Source: Schizochytrium sp. TIO01
Lineage: Eukaryota > Protista > Bigyra: Labyrinthulomycetes
NCBI GenBank assembly: GCA_004764695.1
Contig: SMSO01000032.1
Coordinates: 7,596,483-7,660,482, forward strand
DNA length: 64,000 nucleotides
Reading direction: 5' to 3'
The notes beneath the pieces are model-generated. The model ran no database searches. It was given only the letters and a program-made list of their open reading frames with translations, and had not been told where the DNA came from. This document shows positions 44,235 through 54,093 of this stretch, in pieces; within the stretch, counting starts at the first letter, position 1, and each line of letters opens with the position of its first letter. Position numbers and translations under genes: made by a program.

Positions 44235-46869
44235 TTTCTTACCTATCCCCTCCACTTCTAACAAAGACCGACATAATTAGTATAATATATCATTTAGGCC
44301 TATCATGATATGGAATGCTATACAAGATAAATTTTTATAGGTACCGTGATGTTAATTTAATCTCACCAATTATGATTGGTACCAATCGTACAGTGCATAT
44401 ATTGCAACATGTTACATCTAATATCGTGAATTGGCTTATGACGTGCCCTTTCTCTTCAAGCCTTTCTACTTTTCAGGTTTCTGAAATATTTTAAAGATAG
44501 CTGACGAGACAGTACTTCTTTTTCTTTTCTTTTTTTTCCTAGTGAAATTAACTTTAAAATTAACTTTTGAAAATTACCATTCTTTTAAATATTTAGTCAA
44601 TTTTTGATATATTTTTATTTTTAGTAAAAATACAAAATGTTTTTAATTTGTTGTTTTTTAGCCTATGTGATAATAAATAATAGGTAGGTAGGTATCTCAA
44701 TTATTAAGGTAGGAGCAATGGTGTAGTAATCTACGGATGTTGTGTCTCATCATTCGATATTTTGGATAAAGGGGGGTCAATCGTTTTGCAACGACCTTAC
44801 TTACTTTGGACCTGCAAGGAAACCTTTCACAATAATAGTAAGCTGTATTGCAAGTTGCAAAGGACTCAACAATGCACCCAAGTAATTAATGCTCAAGTGC
44901 TTAAATTGCGCAGCATGAACGCTTTGGCTGGGTGCCCTAACGCCTCTATTATGTTCTAAGAGATCTTTCAAGCGAGCTGGACTTTTATAGGCAGTTTAAG
45001 AATAAGATCAGATTCTGCAGTCGCGGGATTGTGGTCCGCAATGGTTGTGGCGAAAAGACTGGTCACCATGGAGGGCGAGGCATCGGGTCAAACCTATGCT
45101 CAGCACACAAAGATCAGCAGCAGGTAATTGGCTCGAATTGACCACACATTATCCAGAGCCTTTGCAAATATGTTGATCGTCCTGTGGACCAGCATTTTTC
45201 GACTCCGCACAAGATTGCAAGAACCCGTTCTTGCACCATTCATTCGAAAATCTTGGCAGCCTGAAACTTCCACCAAGTCCTTTTGCAGCAAGAAGTTCCC
45301 ATGATGAAAAGACATGCCTTAGCAATGATTGGCGCCTTGGGCTGCTTTGACTCACGAAGCACTTTCTGCGTCATCGATTCATGAATCAGGTCCTTCTTTG
45401 ACCAAGGAAATCAACTCATTGTTCATAAAACTGGCAGAATAGGAGGCAAACGGCGATACTGCGCCGCGTGCAACAAGAAGTTAAAAGTTCAGAAGAAACG
45501 AAAATGCAAAGCATTGAAGCTGCGTCAGCTTGGTAGCAGAAGGTGCACCTCTCTTATCCAGAATAGGAATATACCGCTGCCACGTTGAATTTACCCCGGA
45601 CTGTTTCAACGTACGGTTGATTCTTTATCCAAACAAAGAAAAAAAAAAGAAGGAAAAAAAAGAAGAAAGGCGACGAACGTTTCGAATACCAACAAAAAAA
45701 CATGCTCGAGAAGATCAGCACTGTTTGGCGAGAATGTAATTTACGAACATTGACGCAGTGCCCGAAGAACACGCTTAGCAAACAAGAGGCAACTATGTAT
45801 TGCTTGTGGTTGGTAAGAGATAAAAGATATCAAATTGGAAGCCTCCAAAGAATATCCATCCATCTCCTGAACTGACATCAATGCCAAGCTTGTCGACGCT
45901 GCTTTGCAGATCGTTTGCAGATCTTCATGATTAGCTTATATGTACGTTTATACTTCCAAAAGTGCTTCTCTTTAGACCTCTATGATGTAGGAAAGGATAC
46001 TCTCAAAAAACAATTTTTTTTTTTTAAAAATGATAGCTTATTGACGACTACAGTGCCTCGGCAAAGTGTCGGCTATTCTTGATCGATGTACATCCTTTAT
46101 CTCTATAAGCTCGGGTATCTTGAGCTCCTCTCCGTTTATCGTAATATTTGAGGGAAGTGTTGTCCTTTTTATCCTCCCATTCTTACGCTGATGATATAAG
46201 TTCTAACTTTTTTTTTCAACATACGGGAAAAGAACTCGAAACGATAATCTTCGCATGAGAACCAAGAGCTGAATTTGTAAGGCAACCAATTGAGCGAAAT
46301 TTCGTTCTCGTTCAAAGCGTTAATGCCAGTGCTCGATCTAGCACTCAGAGAGCACTCACGAATTCTACACTTATTCCACTGTGTGCGCATTCGCTCGAGC
46401 CAGTCCTTGCGAGCAAACCCGTGCTACCGTTCTTTCCATTGAGGTAGTCACATACTTGTAATTTTTTCCGCCCTGGCTAGGCAGTGTGACTATGACGAAC
46501 GAATATATGTGTCCCCAAGATTAGCACATAGTGAGGCTAGGTAGCATCTAGTTCGTGTCTTTCAAAAGCAGCGGTAGATAGAGGGTGAAATATAGCAAGG
46601 AGTTGATTAGTTATGCGTTTGTGAATAGGAATGTGATTTTTTGCATACTAACTCGTGTACAATTCTAACAACTTTTCGTTTCAGCTCTATAGCAGAAGCA
46701 GGAATTGTGGAGGGACTTTTGAGCAAAAAATAAATTAAATGGTGCCTGGCCAAGTACCGAAGTCAAGTACTAACTAGCTCAGAGCTCCTTCTCCCTTTTC
46801 AAAGAGCGGCAAATATGAAATGTAGACGACGTTACCAAAGTTTGGTAGCTAGTTTGCTTTCTCTGCAGC

Positions 46870-48621
46870 ATGACGCCGTATTCCAGATCCGGCGCAACTC
46901 AACAGCCAAATGGCATTGGGCATCTGCCAGAACAAAATGAGTTATGTAATGATGCAATTCTCAAACGTTTTGGACAATGGGAAAGTTATGATTTATATCC
47001 GTCATATATGTCCCCATTAGGATGGGGTTTAGGAATAAGTTTATGCGCCATTGTAGTGATTGCAGTCGCCCTAATGCTTCCACGCAGACATCTTTACCCG
47101 TTGTGTCTCTCCTCACCGGTACTCGCTACTGCACAAGGTGTCGGTATCTTGTTTTTGTGCGTTGTGGTTTGTTTCCGTGACGCGAACCTACGCAGGGATT
47201 TTAGTTGTGATGTTACCCTCTGGGGGAAAACTTTGTCTTTTCCACTTATAATTGGCTCTCAAATCGCAATGCTGTCTCAAATGCACAATCGAGTGCTTCT
47301 AGCAGAGGAAATGCAAAAGTTTTCCGTCACAGAAGATGATATTGCTTTTGACGAGCTTATTCGTAGCGTTCGTAGGGCTGGTCGATGGAATGAGGTCCGA
47401 GTCATTCTCATTATAATGATCGTACCTCTAGCAGTTGCGATTGCTGCATATCATAAAGACTATTATGGGAACGGTTGTATTGGCTGTCAGCGAGAGTTAG
47501 AGGGTGATCTAATTTTTGCTTGTTTTGCTTTCCTTGGACTTGGAGCCTCTGTGATATTAGTATATTGTCTTCGTCGCTACGAAGACCCTTTAAGGTTGCG
47601 TCAAAAATGTCAGCGAGTCCTACTTGTTTTCATATTTGCTACAATCTCGTTTATAATTCTGAGCAATCTTGATCCGGGACACTATGAAGACCATGGCTAC
47701 GTGAACTATTCTTGGATTATTGTTGCTGGCGCAATGTATGCGTTTACAGCGAACTGTCTCTGGCCTCTCTTTTTAACGTTTTATGATCCACTCCAGGCAA
47801 AATTATATCGCAGACGTCATCGCCAGCACCATTGTAAAATGGCACGGCGTTTTCAGGTAGTTGACCGTTTACGAACGAATGCAATTACTTCATTAGCCGC
47901 ATCTTCAGGGTTGAAGTCAAATGCTAATAGCACAGTGCCCTCTGAGCAAGATGATCTAAGTCTTGGGGAAGTTCTCCAAATCCGAAACGGATTGCAGGCA
48001 TTTCAGCGTCATCTCGCACAAGAGTTTAACATTGAAAACATTCTTTTTTGGCGTGCAGCACAAGAATGGCGTGATATGTATTATCGTTCACCTACCATCC
48101 AGTCTCGTGAAATTGTTGCACAAAAGATTTATGCAGCATTTATTCCTCATCGAGCGCCAATGCAGGTCAACCTTTCTTGTCACCACGTGCAGTCCTTGGC
48201 TGCAATCTTTGAAACAAGAGACTCGTGTAATTGTTCTCCTAAACCCATTACTGTGTTTGACGAAGCCATCTCTGCTGTGTTTCAGTTAATGCAGTCAGAT
48301 AGCTTCCAGAGATTTAAATTCACGGATGCATACTTGAACTTGAACTCGAGACGCCATAGTGTAGTCTCGCGTTCACGAAAAATTAGTCTCACCACAAAAT
48401 CAGCTTCGCATCAGCAGGGTTACTGTCGGCGAAATGAGCATCTGGAGATTGAGCAAGAGCAAGGATACGACGCAAACAACCCCCAACAGAGAGCGCAAAT
48501 GCCTTGTCCCAGAAATCCAGTGGAACCTCAACAGGATACGGACTATCCACATGAAGATGAAGATAATCGTACCACTATTATCGGTGGCCAAACAGGAAAA
48601 CCACGAATGAGCATCGTTTAA
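46870..48621 (+). CDS. 7TM-RGS protein (seven transmembrane helices fused to a Regulator of G-protein Signalling domain)
   Basis: Seven hydrophobic segments in aa ~50-305. RGS box: LGEVL...GLQAFQRHLAQEFNIENILFW...IYAAFI...APMQVNLS...VFDEAISAVFQLMQSDSFQRF. Confidence 0.9.
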   Translation: MTPYSRSGATQQPNGIGHLPEQNELCNDAILKRFGQWESYDLYPSYMSPLGWGLGISLCAIVVIAVALMLPRRHLYPLCLSSPVLATAQGVGILFLCVVVCFRDANLRRDFSCDVTLWGKTLSFPLIIGSQIAMLSQMHNRVLLAEEMQKFSVTEDDIAFDELIRSVRRAGRWNEVRVILIIMIVPLAVAIAAYHKDYYGNGCIGCQRELEGDLIFACFAFLGLGASVILVYCLRRYEDPLRLRQKCQRVLLVFIFATISFIILSNLDPGHYEDHGYVNYSWIIVAGAMYAFTANCLWPLFLTFYDPLQAKLYRRRHRQHHCKMARRFQVVDRLRTNAITSLAASSGLKSNANSTVPSEQDDLSLGEVLQIRNGLQAFQRHLAQEFNIENILFWRAAQEWRDMYYRSPTIQSREIVAQKIYAAFIPHRAPMQVNLSCHHVQSLAAIFETRDSCNCSPKPITVFDEAISAVFQLMQSDSFQRFKFTDAYLNLNSRRHSVVSRSRKISLTTKSASHQQGYCRRNEHLEIEQEQGYDANNPQQRAQMPCPRNPVEPQQDTDYPHEDEDNRTTIIGGQTGKPRMSIV

Positions 48622-49121
48622 ATGCTGCTAAAAAATGAATATACATACGGCATCTGACTGTTTGTATATGTTAATAAAAATGAGGGTTGAGTCCTCAAAA
48701 TTTGACCATGTAGATGTTCTGAAAATGCCCAATCTTTATAAATATTGTTTAATGATCTTGAATTATTTGAGAAAATGTTCAAAATAGATGATCGGGGGAG
48801 TATGTACTGCATTTATTTGATGAATTTTGTGGCGAGGAGAAATCTAGATTTCCCAGTATCGCTGTAAGTAGTTAGCAAGAAGCAATTTACAAGAATCTTT
48901 CCATTCTGTTACCCTGGTTGTAGAATATTTGCAACTATTAGAAAGGCGCTCGATTACAAGTGTTAAATTTCAGGAGTATGAATTAATCTCAAATTCCTTG
49001 CAAAGAAAATGAATCAATCAGCCGCATTATTCCGCATATGTAGGTATTCACCTGATCAGAAGAACCTGATCAGCAAAACTGTAATTAGCTTAGTGCTGAA
49101 AGCAGAATGCTATCACGAGAC

Positions 49122-49935
49122 CTAAACGGGGGTAATAAAACCATTCTGCACAAGGTTAGGTACCTCTGCTGCAAGCCAAGGTCCTAGTCCTAATGCCAAA
49201 GCATGTGCAACACCAAATTTTGGTGAATTCTTTGACCACAATGGATTGAAGTGTACATCGAGACAAATTTTTCCACCGTGGTACATCTTAATAGTTTTGC
49301 GATCCAGCTCTGGAATTTTAATCTCTGGGGGGGTCAAGGGATAGCCTACTGGAAGATCAATACTTACATCAAATTGATACCGCAAGTTCTCATGATAATG
49401 CCAGCACTTACCTTCCCAGCGTGTCCCCTCTAGATTAGCTTTTAGGGAAAACCAGTCGCTATCTCGCTCTTTATTCACATTGACATACTGAATGAGGCAC
49501 ATGTACTCCTCTTTAAGCCTCTGCTTCCAAGCCTCACCATCAGCAGGACCCGCTCTAGTCTTGATCAGTGGCAACTTGCGAACTGTAGTAACAAACCGCC
49601 AGATCGAACCACAACATGCGACCCAGTAAGACATATGGCGATTTTCATAATACATGTCCAATGCAAAGAAATGAAGATGATATGGTCAAAGCATTTATTG
49701 TAAAGTATAAGGTATAGCACAAAGGTATACCAAACGAAGTTTTAATATAACATCGCATTTTGATGCATGTATCTAAAGTCAGCTTTCCCATAAACTCATT
49801 CCAATTGCATTATTGTGCCTTTGCTTACGTACCTGTTTGCTTCGTGTTTTCGTCAAATGCAACCGACTTTTTTGCTTGCTCCTGTGTACCGTCGCCGTCT
49901 TCGCCGCTTGCAATCGCCTCCAGTGCCGATGTCAT
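49122..49935 (-). CDS. UFC1: UFM1-conjugating enzyme UFC1; two exons (49935-49833 and 49582-49122), 187 aa
   Basis: AGP...[31 protein letters not shown] (catalytic Cys), [25 protein letters not shown] intron at 49832-49583 (GTACGT...CTACAG) restores the N-terminal [14 protein letters not shown]. Confidence 0.95.
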
Positions 49936-50483
49936 CCCTTGAGCCGTCACATTTGCAGTATTACTACTACCTTCAGCGTCGCTCTGCATTTGTTCTCCTG
50001 TACAAGCCTATACGTGGTAGGTAGCCCAGAGTCTCGCGGTCAGCGTCTTCAGTGAGTGCTGTACTATTATAGATATTGTGCCAGCCGCGACAGCTCTTTA
50101 CTTCTGACACCAACTAGCTGTGAACGATTGTGCATCAAAATTAATATCTCTAACTAGCTATGATTATCTATTATCAGTGGTAAGCTTATTTTTTGTTTGT
50201 TCCCAGCGTAAGAATTCTTCAAAACCAGGCAAAGAAAGTCATTACATAATTGCTGTGACTGCCGTGGAAGGTGCTTTAGTTCGCATACTTGTCTTGCATT
50301 GGTCGACCAAAAACTCAAAATATGACCCTGAAATCATCTGCAAAAAGCGACCTAGTGCCTACTTGTTGATTTGTTATGTGGGCTTGAACAAAATCAACAA
50401 TTAGAACCGAATGTTGCACAAATGAATCAAAATCGATCACACTGCAAACCAAACTGTGATTGCATTGGTTAATTCTAGTTCTA

Positions 50484-52112
50484 ATGGATCCCGGTCAGGA
50501 CCCGAGCGATATACAACACGAACTTGAGCGACGCGCAGTGGATGGCATCTTCATCTCACCTGGCTTCGAGGATCGTGAGGACGTGAAAGCACCCTCCGAG
50601 GCCGCTGACGCTCATCCTGGTGACGGGCATGAGGCTTTAAGCAACAGCCAGGAGCCCGGGAAACGTGAGGAGGGAAATCATGAAGATCTTGAGGAAGGGT
50701 TTCCGGAGGTAACCGAGCATTTTAATTCCATTGCAGAAGGTGTTGCTGACAAAGATGGTCTTGAAGGTATTGAACTCTGGTTTGTTAGACATGGTGAAAG
50801 CACAAACAACCGTGTGGTACATGGCTGGGGAGGCCTCAAAGCCGTGTTATACCCCGTTCTTGTAGAGGCAGATCCATTACTCACAGACAAAGGGCTTGAC
50901 ATCGCCCGAGAAAATGGTTCTAGGTTAGTTTCTGCAGGCGTGAACTTTGATTTGGTGCTATGCTCCGCGCTAATGCGGACCATGGAAACCGCATACGAAA
51001 TGTTCATCAAGACTGGCCTTACAGAGTCGTTCAAAGTTGCGCCCTTTGTGTCAGAGGTTCCGCTTACGTGGGGGGCGAGGGTCCCTGTCTCAGAAAATAT
51101 TCCGTTTCCAAGAGCTAGACAAATCAAAGTGCTACGAGAGCGTCATGGTGATAATTTCATGAAGTGCGTAGATTGGTCTCTTGTGGGCGGGCCCCAAGGT
51201 GACAATCTGCAGTGTCTACCACCTGGTGGTGTTAGGTTTTTGCGTTGGCTGAATGAACAAAAAGAGGTACTCAAACTGGTTGATAAGCCCCGCCAAGCCG
51301 AGGTTGTTCGTATTGTGGTTGTTACACATTCACGATTTATGCGTAGAGGCCTGCTTCTCCGGAAAAAACCTGGTAATAGTGATGTTTGGAGGTCTACCAT
51401 CGTGAATGGTTGCGATGGTAGCCTTGCAGTTTGCGATATACAGCCTTGGTATCGCTCTAGCGTTGAGCGCAAGAAAAAGAGAATCGATAGAAGGATTGAT
51501 AAAAAACGAGTAAGAGCCCAGCGCAAGATCAATAAACTCAAATCTCATGTCTCAGAACTTCAAGACAAGCAAAAAAATATTGTACAAAAGTTTGCTGCAC
51601 GCTCGGAGGGATCAAACGTAGATGAAATTATAGAGACTGCAAAGGACGCTACAAAAGGCTCTCTTGATATTTCAGAAAACATGATAGTTGGGGCTGCAAG
51701 CGAAGCGCTTGGTGATACCTGCAGCTCAAATACTGATATCCAATTAGCTAACCCAGACGGGGATCCTAACCTAAGCAACCATCTTACAAATGGTTGTGAA
51801 AACAACATTAATACTACTAGTAGTAATAACAAGTGTACTAGTAGAAGTAGCAGCTGTTGCAGTGACTCAAATGCAGATAGCGATGAGGTTCTCTTCGAGG
51901 ATCCAAAGAATAAACTATCTGAAAAGAATTTAAAGAAAATGTCCAAGGCTATGCGCAAACTTTCTAAAAAGAACAAGAGGCTTCACCAAAAAGCCACCAA
52001 AATGAACAATAAAGCAAGCAACAAAATTAGTAAGCTTGAAGCGAAGAAGGAAAAACTAGACAACTGCAATGGTCGTATCAAGAACCAGGAAGATTCTCTT
52101 TCGTTTACCTGA
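50484..52112 (+). CDS. Histidine phosphatase (phosphoglycerate mutase-like) family protein with a Lys-rich coiled-coil tail
   Basis: WFVRHGES (RHG motif), DPLLTDKG, CSALMRTMETA and VVVTHSRFM. The first ATG is at 50484. Confidence 0.88.
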   Translation: MDPGQDPSDIQHELERRAVDGIFISPGFEDREDVKAPSEAADAHPGDGHEALSNSQEPGKREEGNHEDLEEGFPEVTEHFNSIAEGVADKDGLEGIELWFVRHGESTNNRVVHGWGGLKAVLYPVLVEADPLLTDKGLDIARENGSRLVSAGVNFDLVLCSALMRTMETAYEMFIKTGLTESFKVAPFVSEVPLTWGARVPVSENIPFPRARQIKVLRERHGDNFMKCVDWSLVGGPQGDNLQCLPPGGVRFLRWLNEQKEVLKLVDKPRQAEVVRIVVVTHSRFMRRGLLLRKKPGNSDVWRSTIVNGCDGSLAVCDIQPWYRSSVERKKKRIDRRIDKKRVRAQRKINKLKSHVSELQDKQKNIVQKFAARSEGSNVDEIIETAKDATKGSLDISENMIVGAASEALGDTCSSNTDIQLANPDGDPNLSNHLTNGCENNINTTSSNNKCTSRSSSCCSDSNADSDEVLFEDPKNKLSEKNLKKMSKAMRKLSKKNKRLHQKATKMNNKASNKISKLEAKKEKLDNCNGRIKNQEDSLSFT

Positions 52113-52638
52113 AATACAATTCCTAGATCCCTGCATGTACAAACTTTAATTTCCGTGTATCATTGTACTTTAACATCGATTTAATATATCTCATTTGGAA
52201 ACAAATCTTGTTGTGATCATTTGTGCCTCAAATATTGTCAGCGTGTATTCTCCAAAGTTGTTGTTAAATGCAAGACTTGAACATAAACCATGATTACTTT
52301 ATATTTGAACTTTCCTCTACTAGAAATTCTGCAAATGAGTCTGTGCTATTTATGGTTTCCACATCTACAAGTTGCAGCATTTCACTGAACTGGTTCTGCA
52401 TGTCTAGCCACAACCATATTATCATAATCAACCTCACTCAGTCTAGGTGTTTTGATTCAAATATTGAAAGCGAGCTCTCACCTCGTACACTTGCTTAAGT
52501 AGACTTTGTGCCGTAGCGTCACATTCCATATCTAATTATTTTTATACTTAAAAAACAATTTTAAATGAAAAGAAAGATAAACAAAAAAGAATATATTCAC
52601 TGAGACAAAAATACTTTCGCTGTATTTCTTTCCACACA

Positions 52639-53739
52639 ATGGACGAGTTGGCGTGGACTCTTGGCGCTGCCTTTGCGACCCTCCTTGCTCTCATCGCTGC
52701 CTTCCTTTTCTTTGACTCCCCTTCCGCCAAACCCCAAACCCAATCTCAGCCTGAAAACAACTCGGAAGTCTCCACCTCTGCACAAAGTGCTGTGAAGGGC
52801 CATCGCCAACAGAACAAGAACAGTGACAACAACAATAGCCGTGGCAGTATCATAAACAACAAGGACTTCAAAGTCGACCCCGTTGTAGAAGACGCCAGCT
52901 GCGGAGTGAAAGAAGAAGGCAGCGAACAGTCAGCAGCTTCCTCCCATAAAGGCACCTCAAACACCGCTGCATCTCCTTCATCTTCTCTACTTGCATCTAT
53001 TTTGCTATCTTCAGAACCGACCGCGCAACCGAAGGCTACTCAACCTGTATCGATCTTCACCGAAACAGCAATGGGCGACGACCTTGACGACCTTCTCGAC
53101 GAGGCCCTCGACGATCTCGATCTTTTGGACGAGGCTGCCGAAGACCTTCTGCTCGAAGAAGCTGCGCTAGACTCCGACTCCGACACTGAGCCCGACGCCA
53201 AGCCCAAGTCTATCAATCAGACCCAAGCTATCCAGGCCTCAACCTCTGCATTGGCCGCGAATTCGTACTCAGGCTCTTACTCAACATGGCAAGACACATT
53301 GCAAATTTTGGCCCCCGCGGAGCGTGTGGAATGGGCAAAGACAATCAGCAAAGACTCTGGGGCCCAAGATAATATGGACCCGCAGCCGAACTATAGTTCT
53401 GCATACAAAAGTGGCGCTGGGAAAACCTCTGGTTCAGGAAACGGAGATAATGCTGGTAGTGAGAACGCTGTCGCTTCGCTGATGCAGGGCAATGTGGTGC
53501 TCACCCCTGATGACCCTGCAACATTGTTTTCTGCATGTCTGAAGAAAGCACTGTTAGCTGTCAACAAGGAGTATGTAGGCTCGTATACTCCCTCAGACGA
53601 GGTTTTGAGGCTTTTCAAAAAGCAGCTTGAGAACGATGTGCGGGCAAGGGTTGAGAGTAATTCTGTTGAGAAAGAGAACATTCTTGAGGATGAAGATCGC
53701 TTCAAGGAGCTCTCACGCCTCTTAAAGTCCAGTTCATAG
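52639..53739 (+). CDS. N-terminally membrane-anchored protein with a BAG6-like C-terminal region
   Basis: Hydrophobic N-terminus (LAWTLGAAFATLLALIAAFLFF). The C-terminus EWAKTISKDSGAQDNMDPQPNYSSAY...FKKQLENDVRARV...DRF resembles the recalled BAG6 C-terminus [26 protein letters not shown]...YRQQLRSDIQKRL...QRF. Confidence 0.65.
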   Translation: MDELAWTLGAAFATLLALIAAFLFFDSPSAKPQTQSQPENNSEVSTSAQSAVKGHRQQNKNSDNNNSRGSIINNKDFKVDPVVEDASCGVKEEGSEQSAASSHKGTSNTAASPSSSLLASILLSSEPTAQPKATQPVSIFTETAMGDDLDDLLDEALDDLDLLDEAAEDLLLEEAALDSDSDTEPDAKPKSINQTQAIQASTSALAANSYSGSYSTWQDTLQILAPAERVEWAKTISKDSGAQDNMDPQPNYSSAYKSGAGKTSGSGNGDNAGSENAVASLMQGNVVLTPDDPATLFSACLKKALLAVNKEYVGSYTPSDEVLRLFKKQLENDVRARVESNSVEKENILEDEDRFKELSRLLKSSS

Positions 53740-54093
53740 CTTGCTTTCTTTTCACCACCTCTGGTAAGCTCAATGCAGATACTTGAAGCCTTTTAATGAT
53801 GAACATATCGCGAAACATGCGATATACAAATGTTGTAGTACTTCTGAACAAGATTTTTTTTTTTTTTTTTTCTGATTGAATCTAGGCATTGTGATACCTA
53901 GAACACTTCTTTGTATTCCAAAATGCCTGCAATTCTTCTACTATGCTCATTGAACCATATTCCTATACTTGACCCGTTTTGGAAAAATAAAAATGACTCG
54001 GCATGAAATCTATTCAGGGGAAAGAAATCAATGTATCCTGTAACCTTTGTGCTTACTAATATGTTTCAAAAAAATAAAATTAAAACTTACAAC

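Noticed and set aside
49583-49661. ORF-track N-terminus of UFC1 (MDMYYENRH...)
   Set aside because: Intronic; the real exon 1 is 49935-49833.
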